This document shows positions 1 through 9,459 of a stretch of DNA of 64,000 nucleotides, piece by piece. The stretch is taken from NCBI GenBank assembly GCA_019057475.1, contig DXJO01000006.1, forward strand, positions 1 to 64,000, read 5' to 3'. A program made the translations under genes and the position numbers. Below the pieces are notes generated by a model. That model worked only from the letters and a program-made list of their open reading frames with translations. It searched no databases and had not been told where the DNA came from. How positions within the stretch are numbered: the stretch's first letter is position 1; every line of letters begins with the position of its first letter. Source of the stretch: Candidatus Thorarchaeota archaeon. Lineage in GTDB: Archaea > Asgardarchaeota > Thorarchaeia > Thorarchaeales > Thorarchaeaceae.

Positions 1-440
1 AGCTCGTCCGGTCTGTGTTCAGCTCTATCTGTGAGACCTACGAGTCCGATAAGATGGTCTACTCGTTCCTTTCTGGCGGTTTCCTCCACTCCTGCGATGA
101 GCAATGGGAGCTCAACATTCTCATACGCTGAGAGTACAGGCAGCAAGTTGAAGAATTGGAAAACAAACGAGATCTTCTGGCGGCGAACAGAAGTAAGTTC
201 TTTCTCGTTCATGCTAGTGATATTGACGCCATCGATTGTGACAGTCCCCGCCGTGGGCCTGTCGAGAGCGCCGATAAGATTCAACAGTGTTGTTTTGCCT
301 GATCCTGATGGGCCCATGATCCCGATGGCCTCACCCTGCTTGACTTGCAGGCTTACGCCACGAAGGGCTGGAACAGTGAGCTCACCCATCGTGTAAATCC
401 GTGACACAGAATCGAGGTCTACTATGACGTGATTTACCAC
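1..440 (-). CDS. ABC transporter ATP-binding protein, LolD/MacB type (runs off the window edge; not in ORF track)
   Basis: Manual translation from GTG at 440: MVNHVIVDLDSVSRIYTMGELTVPALRGVSLQVKQGEAIGIMGPSGSGKTTLLNLIGALDRPTAG...FVFQFFNLLPVLSAYENVELP; Walker A GPSGSGKT and Q-loop; purine-rich RBS upstream. Confidence 0.93.
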   Translation of the reverse strand, partial: MVNHVIVDLDSVSRIYTMGELTVPALRGVSLQVKQGEAIGIMGPSGSGKTTLLNLIGALDRPTAGTVTIDGVNITSMNEKELTSVRRQKISFVFQFFNLLPVLSAYENVELPLLIAGVEETARKERVDHLIGLVGLTDRAEHRPDE

Positions 441-574
441 ATATTCCCTCTCCGTCACACATGCTGTCTGCGGAATCGAATGCCTATAATTATTTCCATC
501 TCCGTATTATAATTCGCAAGGTTGAACAGATGTACTGAGCCTGTTGAGATTCTGTGAATAGCGTTCGTTCTTAT

Positions 575-1591
575 TCACGACTCCTTTCCTCTTTGGCGGT
601 AATTCACCAAGGCTTGCCTTGAGGATGATGTTTTTCTGTGGATTTCGACTAACTTGACCAATGAAGTACTTGCTTGGAACGCAAGGAAGGACGCGATGAT
701 AAGTGAGAATCCATGGTGGAACAAAGACTGATAGTACGATTGCGAAACCGGAATGGAAGCACCGATTATAACTGCGAAACCTAATGATAATACGAATCCT
801 GAAAGCATCAAGGTCTTGATGGCCCTCACACGGTCTTTGGGTCTTGCCAATGCTAGCAAGTCACCGAACAACCGGATTAGGATAAAGAACACCATGATCA
901 CGCTGGTCAAACCAAGCAGTTGCAGCATTAGCAATGCGCCGTCTACTCCATAATGCCACAAATACGTTCGATACATTCCTGACCCCCCAGGTACTACAAT
1001 TGTCATCGCAACGAAACTAGCGAGAAAATCAAATACAATCTCTATTCCTCCCCTTTTTCCGAAAACACTTGAACTACCTATGACTTTGACCCATAGTAAT
1101 CTATAGAGAAAATAGACAAGCATCACGACTAAGAAAAGGGGAACTACTATCATGGCGTCGAAAATGATCTGAAGGTAAATCACGTGAGGGGATGCGATTG
1201 TATAGGCAACGAGGACAATTACAGGGATGAAGAATACAAACCATATCATGAAAAGCACGAAAGCATTCCGAATTTGCCTTGGGAAGTTCTTCAGTAAAAC
1301 CCGCACAGATTCGGGGCTATACTTTTCATATCTGGGTTCTTCATCAGCAACATGGTCCTCAACGTCCAGGATTGACCTGCTGTATTCTTGGGCGATCTCA
1401 GAGGGAGCTCCAAACTTCGCAATGCTTTTTCTAGCCGATTCAAGCGAAACCTGTCCATGACCTAAGTCTTGGGCCATTTCAATCAAGTAAGTGCGAATCT
1501 CATGAATGATTTCATCTGCTATCCTATTCGGCAAATGCGATCGGACGAGGTCCAAGTAATCATCAATCTCTGCATAAGGATCTTTGGTCAT
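575..1591 (-). CDS. Membrane protein with N-terminal HAAS-like helical domain (PadR-associated)
   Basis: N-terminus IDDYLDLVRSHL...EIIHEIRTYL...IAKFGAPSEIAQEY followed by about 6 hydrophobic segments; 4-bp overlap with the padR gene. Confidence 0.75.
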   Translation of the reverse strand: MTKDPYAEIDDYLDLVRSHLPNRIADEIIHEIRTYLIEMAQDLGHGQVSLESARKSIAKFGAPSEIAQEYSRSILDVEDHVADEEPRYEKYSPESVRVLLKNFPRQIRNAFVLFMIWFVFFIPVIVLVAYTIASPHVIYLQIIFDAMIVVPLFLVVMLVYFLYRLLWVKVIGSSSVFGKRGGIEIVFDFLASFVAMTIVVPGGSGMYRTYLWHYGVDGALLMLQLLGLTSVIMVFFILIRLFGDLLALARPKDRVRAIKTLMLSGFVLSLGFAVIIGASIPVSQSYYQSLFHHGFSLIIASFLAFQASTSLVKLVEIHRKTSSSRQALVNYRQRGKES

Positions 1592-1965
1592 ATCAAATCA
1601 GCCTCTTTCAGTAGTCTAGTTAGCTGCTCTGTCAAATCAAGCCAAGTCTTTGACATCTTTCGAAGCATCTCTTTTCCTCCTCTTGTCAAGAAGTACAAGC
1701 GCTTTCTCTTTCCCTCGGCTGCAGACCATTCGGCTTCCAGCATACCACGTTGCTCAAGTCTCCGAAGCAAAGGATAAGTTGTGCTTGGTTCTACTTGCAA
1801 ATTGTCATACTCCTCTCGATTCAGACGCTTCATTATGTTATAGCCATAGGACTCTCCATCTAGTATCGCCGCAAGTACTGCCAGCGTGAGTGCACCACGG
1901 CGGGTCTGTATGAGCCACCGGTCGAACTCAATGTTGGCCTTCCTCTTGCCTGCTTCCTCTGTCAT
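1588..1965 (-). CDS. PadR-family transcriptional regulator
   Basis: RRGALTLAVLAAILDGESYGYNIMKRL...STTYPLLRRLEQRGML...RKRLYFLTRGG. Confidence 0.93.
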   Translation of the reverse strand: MTEEAGKRKANIEFDRWLIQTRRGALTLAVLAAILDGESYGYNIMKRLNREEYDNLQVEPSTTYPLLRRLEQRGMLEAEWSAAEGKRKRLYFLTRGGKEMLRKMSKTWLDLTEQLTRLLKEADLI

Positions 1966-1997
1966 GGGTTTCGCCTACGCCGTTACATTGCCGAAGG

Positions 1998-2030
1998 TAT
2001 ATCGTTATATATAGTGTGTAATACGATATA
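1998..2030. promoter_or_regulatory. Inverted repeat over AT-rich promoter of padR operon (candidate PadR operator)
   Basis: TATATCGT (1998-2005)-N17-ACGATATA (2023-2030), enclosing TATA-like TTATATATA, 33-65 bp upstream of the padR start. Confidence 0.55.
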
Positions 2031-2163
2031 TAATTCTTTTGCTACTCCCATAGTGAAATGCTTCCTGCTGTCCTGAGTCGATTCATGAAACCATTGACGC
2101 AACAATTAGATTTATCTTCAAACGTGACCTATTTAGTCATAGAATAGTTCAGAGTGTGTTCAC

Positions 2164-2808
2164 GTGGCAACCGATGATGTCATCCCGATGAGGTACGAGT
2201 TCTTCAGTTGGAAAGGATTCCTTGTAGGTTCAGTGAGCATTGCTGTAGCTATGGTTCTCCAGTCGATGATTAGTTTCCCGCTGATTTGGGAAATGAGAAG
2301 CATGGGCTTCACTATCCTAATCATCGTATCTTCACTTGTTGTGGGATTTGCATCGGGCAGCGTGTTAATCTTTCTCTTCCCTCCTGACCAAGATGTCATC
2401 GGAATGGCTGGGCTGGGGAGTGATGATTTGACCCAACACATCGCTCTGTTCTGGGTGGTTCTTGCACTCCTGCAGCCAATGCTCTCTGGATTCGTATTCT
2501 TCTTCGAATACTTTGGAACAGATCCATTCGCAATGATTTGGGTACTTGTTGGATTCGCCGCACCCAGCGCGGGCTTTGCAATAGCGATGTATGACAGAAC
2601 AAATGCAATAGCAAACGACCTGAAGCTGTATTTCGCTCACAATCAGAGTCTGGATATTGTGTCACTTGAGTGGCTTCATGGATTAGGGCCTAGAACCGCA
2701 GCTTACAGAATGGGTATGCTAGAGAGTGCGGCAGAAAAAGCAGGCGGGTTGAGAGTGAGAGGACATCAAATAGTTCGTATCAGTGACCCATTCCCTATCA
2801 ACAATTAA
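2164..2808 (+). CDS. Hypothetical membrane protein (about 4 TM)
   Basis: 214-aa ORF with hydrophobic segments and a soluble C-terminus. Confidence 0.7.
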   Translation: MATDDVIPMRYEFFSWKGFLVGSVSIAVAMVLQSMISFPLIWEMRSMGFTILIIVSSLVVGFASGSVLIFLFPPDQDVIGMAGLGSDDLTQHIALFWVVLALLQPMLSGFVFFFEYFGTDPFAMIWVLVGFAAPSAGFAIAMYDRTNAIANDLKLYFAHNQSLDIVSLEWLHGLGPRTAAYRMGMLESAAEKAGGLRVRGHQIVRISDPFPINN

Positions 2809-2812
2809 GCTG

Positions 2813-3130
2813 CTAAGCAGGGTGCTTTTTCCTCATATGCGCGGCCAGTCCTTTGTCGGTCCATGCAATCCAGTCACATCTAAGACAGCTGAGCTTCTTA
2901 CTCCCAATGCCAAATCGTGGTGCGGAACGCTCTTTAAGTTCGTAAATTGTGCCACCATAGCCCGAACTCCTTCTGGTGACGATTTCGAATCGTTTCTTGA
3001 AGCACTCCCTGCAGATCCCGAGTGTCTTCTGTTTCTCCGACGCGAAACTATCTTCGAGAGTCTTGGCTGACCCGAATGACTCCATCATCTTTCCGCAGCT
3101 CTCGCAGAATTCCGCTATTCTAATCACCAC
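2813..3130 (-). CDS. Small zinc-finger protein (C4 module plus C2H2 finger)
   Basis: CESC...CREC, then CLRC-x12-H-x4-H (CLRCDWIAWTDKGLAAHMRKKH). Confidence 0.7.
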   Translation of the reverse strand: MVIRIAEFCESCGKMMESFGSAKTLEDSFASEKQKTLGICRECFKKRFEIVTRRSSGYGGTIYELKERSAPRFGIGSKKLSCLRCDWIAWTDKGLAAHMRKKHPA

Positions 3131-3223
3131 TTGGCATGTGCACTTATATGGGCGGCGGATATGGTTGCGTCACGACAGAGAGGGCTGGTTATATTACTTT
3201 TCACTGTGTGAATCGGACGAATA

Positions 3224-4519
3224 TTACAATCCCTTGACGTAGAGTTGTGAAACTGTCTTGAAGACATCTTCAACTCCCTCTCCTGTCAAGCACGACGTTT
3301 CAAGGAACGCTACTGGATGAAGCCGTCCATCCTCACCTAGCTTCTTTGCTAGCTCTTCTGCAAAGACGAATCCTTCGTCTCTGGAAATAGGTGGCTCCTC
3401 TGCGTCCTTATCGGAATCGCTTCTGAGGTCAGTCTTGTTACCAACAATGATTATCGGAGGAAGGCCCTCGATGGTAGATGATGCTTCCTTCAACCAGAAT
3501 TCCAGACTCTGAAAGCTCCATCTGTCTGACGCGGAATAGACGATTATCAACGCGTCAGCTCCTTCATAGAATTCCTTTCTAGCAATATCCATCCGTACAG
3601 CTTCGTCAAACGACCAGACACTAAGCATGACCCGGTGGTCGATTAGCTCGAAGAGTCTCTCGTGAATGTACTGTATGGTCTGGGGCGGTTCTGATTCCCT
3701 TTCCTCAATCATGGGCTCTAGCCCGGCCTTTTCTAGGAGACTTCCCTTACCTACCCCATCCTCTCCAAGGATTATTGCCTTGGCCGTCACCATAGGCGTG
3801 ATTACATGCTTGGGAGTAGCTACCTTCTTGGTGGCTTTTTCCTCGGGCGCTTGAGCCCACGTTATTTCTGGTTCTGCAAGTTGCCCCTCCGCGGTTTCGA
3901 GGACCTCTGGATTAACCGGCCCCTCAGAATCGGGCGTAGAAATCACTTCTTCCGTTAGAGAATTGAGTGGGATTACGGCTGGGGTAGTCGAGTGGGTGCC
4001 TGCTGCGGCCTCAACAACTTCGTTCCCCCGGAGGCTAATGCGTATCGCTTGAGCCTTGTCCATCTTCTTGCTTTGTTTTGTACTGGCTGCCATGAATGAA
4101 TCACTCATGGATTCAACGACTGATAGTGCCTCTGTAATGTCTTTGAAGTCATGCTTGCCCATTGACACTACTTCTATTTCCGGAGGTTCAATTTCGGAAC
4201 TTTTGATGAATGTGGCTGCCACCAGCTCCTCTTTCACAACCCGTGTTTCAATGGCAGGTGGTGTTTTGGGCTGAGGTTTAGGTTCCTCCTCCACCACGAC
4301 TGCCCTCGTTTCCGGAACTCCTATCCTGATCATGGTGTCTTTCAAGATTCCTGGAGGGAGCCTCTTGCCCAAAAATAGGAAATATTTCTGCAATTCGATT
4401 TGCATATCATTGAAAGATTTGCCTTTCAGAGGAATCTTCTTTTTGATAATGCCTTTGTCGCGTACTTCAATGTAAGTGGGACGGAGTGTTAACGAGATTG
4501 TTGTTCCAGGCACTATCAA
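3224..4519 (-). CDS. Rab/Ras-like small GTPase domain with long N-terminal extension (atypical motifs)
   Basis: C-terminal domain: KAIILGEDGVGKGSL (G1), FYEGADALIIVYS, IIIVGNKTD (G4), FLETSCLTGEGVEDVF (G5). Confidence 0.85.
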   Translation of the reverse strand: MIVPGTTISLTLRPTYIEVRDKGIIKKKIPLKGKSFNDMQIELQKYFLFLGKRLPPGILKDTMIRIGVPETRAVVVEEEPKPQPKTPPAIETRVVKEELVAATFIKSSEIEPPEIEVVSMGKHDFKDITEALSVVESMSDSFMAASTKQSKKMDKAQAIRISLRGNEVVEAAAGTHSTTPAVIPLNSLTEEVISTPDSEGPVNPEVLETAEGQLAEPEITWAQAPEEKATKKVATPKHVITPMVTAKAIILGEDGVGKGSLLEKAGLEPMIEERESEPPQTIQYIHERLFELIDHRVMLSVWSFDEAVRMDIARKEFYEGADALIIVYSASDRWSFQSLEFWLKEASSTIEGLPPIIIVGNKTDLRSDSDKDAEEPPISRDEGFVFAEELAKKLGEDGRLHPVAFLETSCLTGEGVEDVFKTVSQLYVKGL

Positions 4520-4690
4520 GTTACGTTGACCTCTCAGGTATACCGGTAATCTCCCTTTGATTGCTGAGAGATAACCTTTTCGTGGATGGAGTCAACCATC
4601 TCTGACGTACCTTGCAATAGTACCACGTATGCAAGGTTGAACAGAAAGAATTATGACTGTCTTAAAGTCTGTAGGCAGCAGGTCTAGAGC

Positions 4691-5251
4691 ATGACGGACA
4701 TAGATTTCCTTGAATATGTTGAAGTGATTCATGATTGGCCGGAGCAAGGCAGTGCAGTTTGTGATGTTAGCCGTTTGCTCGAACATCCCAACATCTTTCA
4801 TGAGGCTGTTGTTGCCCTTGCGAAGCCTTTCGTTGAACTACAACCAAACAAGGTTGTAGGCATCGGACAGAGAGGAATTGCTCTTGCCAGTGCTATTGCC
4901 TATTATTTGGGCTGCGGCATAGTGCCAGCATATTCCATTAGGGATGTTCCCGAGGACTGCAGCCGAAAGATAAAGTGGTTGCCTGCCAGTAGATTCGCAG
5001 ATGCTAAGCTCGGACTGGTGGCTGAGTCAATTGATCCTGGAGATAGAATCATAATCATCGACGATTGGCTCATTAGGGGGAAAACAGTTCTTGCGGTATT
5101 GAAGGCCATCAAGAATCTCAAGGCTTCAGTGGTAGGTGTTGCGTGTGTTATCAACAACCTCTCTGAAGCAAGCCGCAAGAAGCTTGGCAGACCTGAAGTG
5201 TACTCACTCATCAATGACCTTGAACCGCAAGCGTTCAAATCCGACAAGTAG
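4691..5251 (+). CDS. Type I phosphoribosyltransferase, APRT-like (divergent)
   Basis: HDWPEQG...DVSRLL, VVGIGQRG, PRPP-loop-like IIIIDDWLIRGKT. Confidence 0.8.
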   Translation: MTDIDFLEYVEVIHDWPEQGSAVCDVSRLLEHPNIFHEAVVALAKPFVELQPNKVVGIGQRGIALASAIAYYLGCGIVPAYSIRDVPEDCSRKIKWLPASRFADAKLGLVAESIDPGDRIIIIDDWLIRGKTVLAVLKAIKNLKASVVGVACVINNLSEASRKKLGRPEVYSLINDLEPQAFKSDK

Positions 5252-5261
5252 AACGGTGTTG

Positions 5262-5314
5262 AAAAAAGGAGCGTAGGAGCCTGAGGCTGCGATTGCCTCA
5301 GCAGCTCCTATTTT
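5262..5314. terminator. Hairpin between convergent genes, probable bidirectional terminator
   Basis: TAGGAGC-CTGAGGC/GCCTCAG-ca-GCTCCTA stem (5274-5310) flanked by an A6 tract and a T tract. Confidence 0.6.
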
Positions 5315-5317
5315 GCT

Positions 5318-6991
5318 CTACTCTGTCTGGCCGCGTAGCTCTCTTCGTAGCACCTTGCCGACCATTGTCTTGGGCAGGGTTTCAACAATCTCGAGGTCTG
5401 TTGGTACCTTGTAGACCGCCATCTTTTCCTTGCCAAAGGTTCGCATCTCCTTTAGAGTAAGAGTCTGACCTGGTTCTACTACCACGAAAGCTTTGACTGT
5501 TTCGCCTCTCTTCTCGTCTGGAATGCCAATGACTGCCACCTCACGAATCTTGGGATGCTCAAAGAGGACTTCCTCGACATCGTTGGGCCACACCTTGTAC
5601 CCACTGGCGTTGATGAGGTCCTTCTTTCGGTCAACAATGTACGTCCAACCATCCTCATCCATCTTTGCGATGTCACCAGTGATTAACCATCCGTCAGATG
5701 TGAGAACCATCTTGGTTTCATCGGGTTTGTTGTGATATCCCTTCATCACTTGCGGCCCTTTTACGGCAAGCTCACCAATCTCTCCTGCAGGGAGGTCCTT
5801 TGTACGATCATCAAGGTCGACGATCTTGGAATCGGTGCTTGGGAATGGCAATCCGATGGAACCGATTTTCCTGAGATTCTTGTCTAGCGGGTTTGCATGA
5901 GTGACAGGACTTGCCTCGGAGAGTCCATACCCCTCGATTATGATCGAGTTAGTGGCCTCTTCGAATTTACGAGTTACTTCAGGAGGTAGCGCCATTGCTC
6001 CAGCGATTGCCAACTTGAGCCCCGTGATGTCATACTTGCTAACATTCGGATGACTGTATATTCCAATGGCCATTGTTGAGACCGTTGGGAAGAAAGTTGG
6101 TTTCAGCTTGTCCATCCATTTCAGCGTGTTTTCAATATCACGGGCATTCGGAAGAAGGATGATTCCGCATCCCCAAGAGATTGCTAGATTCATCGAGATG
6201 GTCTGTCCGAAAATGTGCTGTATCGGCAGGGCAGCGACGAACAGCTCCTTGCCCGGTTCAGCCATCCAACTCATCCATGCAGCACACTGTTCACAGTTTG
6301 CCTTCAGGTTGTCGTGTGTTAGCATCGCGGCCTTCGGAGTCCCTGTGGTGCCGCCAGTGAACTGAAATACGGCTAGATCCTCAGCCGGGTTGATGGTAAC
6401 ATCAGGAGGTTCAGGGACTGTATCTTTGATGAAGTCATTCCAGAGAAGGTCTCCTTCCCTCAGGGGTGGAACTTCCTTCATTTCCTTCTTGTATTTTACT
6501 TTGGGAGCTAGGATTTGCTTCATCTTGGACATCGAATCCCATGCTGCTGCTACAATGACATTCTCAAGATTGCTCTCCTTACGAACCGCTTCTACAACTT
6601 TGTAGAAGAAATTCAGCACGATGATTGTCTTTGCGCCCGTATCTTGAAGGTAAACTCTCAGCTCCTTTGGCATGCTGAGTGGGTTGATAGGCGCAATCGT
6701 TGCACCACATTTCAACGCTCCGAAGTAGCTAATTACAAACTGCGGGCAGTTGATGAGCATTATAGCGACCGTGTCGCCTTTCTTCACGCCAAGCTTGGCA
6801 AAACCATTTGCGGCTCTGTCAACGAGCTCCTTAAGCTCTCGGTAGTTGATCTTTACGCCCTCGTAAAAGAGCGCTAAGTTATCGGGGTATTCCGCCGCGG
6901 CTCTGTCTAGGTATTTGTACAGAGGGCCATCAGGAAGCGTAATTTCCTTCGGAGTGTCCCCAACGTAGTATTTGTACCATGGTCTATCCAA
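5318..6991 (-). CDS. fadD: Long-chain fatty acid-CoA ligase (AMP-binding)
   Basis: QFTGGTTGTPKAAMLTH, EGYGLSEASP, GWLITGD, DRKKDLI, LPKTMVGKVLRR. Confidence 0.93.
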   Translation of the reverse strand: MDRPWYKYYVGDTPKEITLPDGPLYKYLDRAAAEYPDNLALFYEGVKINYRELKELVDRAANGFAKLGVKKGDTVAIMLINCPQFVISYFGALKCGATIAPINPLSMPKELRVYLQDTGAKTIIVLNFFYKVVEAVRKESNLENVIVAAAWDSMSKMKQILAPKVKYKKEMKEVPPLREGDLLWNDFIKDTVPEPPDVTINPAEDLAVFQFTGGTTGTPKAAMLTHDNLKANCEQCAAWMSWMAEPGKELFVAALPIQHIFGQTISMNLAISWGCGIILLPNARDIENTLKWMDKLKPTFFPTVSTMAIGIYSHPNVSKYDITGLKLAIAGAMALPPEVTRKFEEATNSIIIEGYGLSEASPVTHANPLDKNLRKIGSIGLPFPSTDSKIVDLDDRTKDLPAGEIGELAVKGPQVMKGYHNKPDETKMVLTSDGWLITGDIAKMDEDGWTYIVDRKKDLINASGYKVWPNDVEEVLFEHPKIREVAVIGIPDEKRGETVKAFVVVEPGQTLTLKEMRTFGKEKMAVYKVPTDLEIVETLPKTMVGKVLRRELRGQTE

Positions 6992-7002
6992 TTTTCTCTC
7001 TC

Positions 7003-7016
7003 CTCATCATGATGAG
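7003..7016. promoter_or_regulatory. 14-bp perfect palindrome upstream of the acyl-CoA ligase
   Basis: CTCATCATGATGAG, 12-25 bp from the start codon; same CATCATGATG core as 28025-28038. Confidence 0.35.
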
Positions 7017-7150
7017 TACTAGAATACGCGCCTGCTACCGCATGTCGCATAAATCCTTTCTGATGAATGGACCTATTCAGTCGCTGTTTCTTGGAATCAG
7101 TTTTTTATACTGCCGGCGCACAGCGCTTCCTTTAGACAGACAATGAGAAC

Positions 7151-7267
7151 TCACGCGGCCAATTTGGAAATAGGGATGCTTTTCTCTGCAGTCAACTCGT
7201 CAACATTCTTCTTATCGGACTCTACTCGTTTGGCTTCATAATGCTGCAGAGCTTCGAGATTGGTCAT
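7151..7267 (-). CDS. Possible 38-aa peptide translationally coupled to the upstream gene
   Basis: ATGA overlap with the stop of 7264..8178; MTNLEALQHYEAKRVESDKKNVDELTAEKSIPISKLAA. Confidence 0.3.
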   Translation of the reverse strand: MTNLEALQHYEAKRVESDKKNVDELTAEKSIPISKLAA

Positions 7268-8178
7268 TTAGGTGGAGCTATGTAGACCTCAAAGACTCCA
7301 GACCATATGTCACTACTTGGTTCTGGCTTAATCAATAGGTTTCCGTCGAAGCTCGCACCAACTGGTTTAGCTTTACTCTTTTTCCAAATGTCCGCGAAGA
7401 TGAGCGAATGGATTCTGTTTTGGAAATCCTCAGTGACACTTGAGATGGACACGTCTACATGAGCTGAATCGATTCCGTGTTGACTGAGATCTGCAGTTGT
7501 CCTAAACAAACGTTCTTCGTTCACAGCGCCTATCATCTTGTCGAACGTGTATCCAATGCCTCCAGCTAAGTAATAGACTCTCATTGGAATCTCTCTTTCC
7601 TCTCCAATCACAACAAGTTTCCGATTACTGAGCAAGATGTATTCCGGATTAGCGAGGGTGATTGGGATTGAGGCCGCTTCAACAGTCACATCATCCATCT
7701 TTAGGTTCTTGCTCAGGAAATCGCCAAGCTTGATTACTTGCTTATCGAATCTAAAGGGTTCGAAATCATCAATGTACACTACATTTCGAGCCTTGCGTAG
7801 TATGACATCAACAATCCTTTGACATTGCTTGAGGAACTGGACCCTTTCGTCCTTTCGGCTAAGTATCCTTCCTATGGATGTCACAACACGTAGGAAATCA
7901 AGGTTCTTGAAGTTCGAGAGAATGGTTCTACTCAGGTATGTCTTGCCGCCAGCCTCTAGGAATCCTTCTTCTCTCGCCACTTTCTCAGGTATCGGATTCC
8001 CCAGGTAGATCTGAGTCATTGCCTTTCTGCGCTTCGCCTTGAAAAAGATGCCCACATCTAGGCCACGACGGGGCAGGTCGAGAAGCTGTCTCACAAAGGG
8101 TCCATCTGGAACAATCTCCCTCACCTGCGCTTTCTGGTACATCTGGTTGTACTTGGCAAATAGGTCGGCTCGTGACAT
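7264..8178 (-). CDS. Hypothetical soluble protein
   Basis: 304-aa ORF with GGAGG RBS; no recognised motif. Confidence 0.75.
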   Translation of the reverse strand: MSRADLFAKYNQMYQKAQVREIVPDGPFVRQLLDLPRRGLDVGIFFKAKRRKAMTQIYLGNPIPEKVAREEGFLEAGGKTYLSRTILSNFKNLDFLRVVTSIGRILSRKDERVQFLKQCQRIVDVILRKARNVVYIDDFEPFRFDKQVIKLGDFLSKNLKMDDVTVEAASIPITLANPEYILLSNRKLVVIGEEREIPMRVYYLAGGIGYTFDKMIGAVNEERLFRTTADLSQHGIDSAHVDVSISSVTEDFQNRIHSLIFADIWKKSKAKPVGASFDGNLLIKPEPSSDIWSGVFEVYIAPPK

Positions 8179-8397
8179 CCTCCAATCAACCCGCAGGTGC
8201 TACATTCTTCTATTCATCTTTATTATCTCTTCGGATTTTGATACTGGCAAACTCGGTGAGGATTTCTAAGGGTATTTTCAATAATCGGATGGAATCTTGA
8301 CGGAACGTATAAAGAGGTCAATGTATTGAGTAAGTCCCGTACAGTTCCAAACATTTCGGCCGTCCGCGAGGCTTGAACCAAGAATGAGGTAGTCCAG

Positions 8398-8700
8398 ATG
8401 GAACGAAGGAAAAAAGGCTTCACATTCGCAATACTTGGCATTTTGCTTTTTCTGATTTCATTAGTGCTCTTGCTTCAGATTCCGGATTTCTATCTCGGAT
8501 CCCTGGTAACTATGTTCGTTGCTGTGGTGCTTATTGGTCTTGGAGGTGCCATAGCAAAGGGGTATGACACTAAGCTTGAAACAACAATAGAGGAATGCTA
8601 CTTCTGCAATGGTTCAGGAAAGATTGAGGCCGCAAAGGGTTCTGAGGTTTGCCCTAGATGTGGAGGTACGGGCAGAGCATTGCCTGAGGATTCTTCTTAG
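8398..8700 (+). CDS. Small 2-TM membrane protein with DnaJ-type zinc finger
   Basis: Two hydrophobic helices, then CYFCNGSG and CPRCGGTG (CxxCxGxG twice). Confidence 0.8.
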   Translation: MERRKKGFTFAILGILLFLISLVLLLQIPDFYLGSLVTMFVAVVLIGLGGAIAKGYDTKLETTIEECYFCNGSGKIEAAKGSEVCPRCGGTGRALPEDSS

Positions 8701-8747
8701 TAACTACTCTGATTCATTGATTTCATCACCTGTAAGGTTGTTTAGAT

Positions 8748-9458
8748 TTGAGAGAGAAACTAGTGATTGCACATCGTGGAGCATCTGGCTATGCACCTGA
8801 AAACACTCTGAAAGCGTTCAAGACTGCATGGAAAATGAGCGCAGACATGATTGAACTTGATGCGCAGCAAACCTCAGACGGTTGTCTTGTATGCATTCAC
8901 GATTTCGAGTTGCCTAGGACAACAAACGGTGAAGGCTACGTTGGAGAGATCACATATCGTGAGATTAAGGAATTAGATGCGGGGCAGGGTGAAAAAGTGC
9001 CACTGCTGAGTGAGGTGCTCGATTTTGCAAGAGGCCGGATTGGAGTGAACATCGAGATCAAAGCTCTGAACGTTGAGAAACGAATTTTGGAGCTAGTTAC
9101 TGAACGTGAGATGCTTGACTCGGTCATGTTCTCCTCGTTCATGCACAACACGGTCAGAGTAGTCAAGAATCTCAATACTTCCGCAAGGACTGCAATCATA
9201 TTGTCCGAACCCAGAGATGATGCGGTACGTTACACTCTTGGTCTTGGAGCAAACGCCATCAACCCGCCTTTCGAAACCCTCACCCCAGAGCTTGTAATGA
9301 GCGCTCATGAAGCGCACCTCGAAGTATTCCCCTATACTATGAATGACGCTAGCTCCATGAGGAAGTTACTATCCATTGGAGTGGACGGTCTGATAACAGA
9401 TCTACCGGATGTTTGTGTGAAGGTCGTCGAAACCTTTCTCCAGAGCCAGGATGCTTAA
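8748..9458 (+). CDS. Glycerophosphodiester phosphodiesterase
   Basis: IAHRGASGYAPENTL, IELD, CIHD, NIEIK, GVDGLITD. Confidence 0.93.
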   Translation: MREKLVIAHRGASGYAPENTLKAFKTAWKMSADMIELDAQQTSDGCLVCIHDFELPRTTNGEGYVGEITYREIKELDAGQGEKVPLLSEVLDFARGRIGVNIEIKALNVEKRILELVTEREMLDSVMFSSFMHNTVRVVKNLNTSARTAIILSEPRDDAVRYTLGLGANAINPPFETLTPELVMSAHEAHLEVFPYTMNDASSMRKLLSIGVDGLITDLPDVCVKVVETFLQSQDA

Positions 9459-9459
9459 C

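Noticed and set aside
31-396. 121-aa + strand ORF in the track
   Set aside because: Antisense to the ABC ATPase frame, which has a clear Walker A
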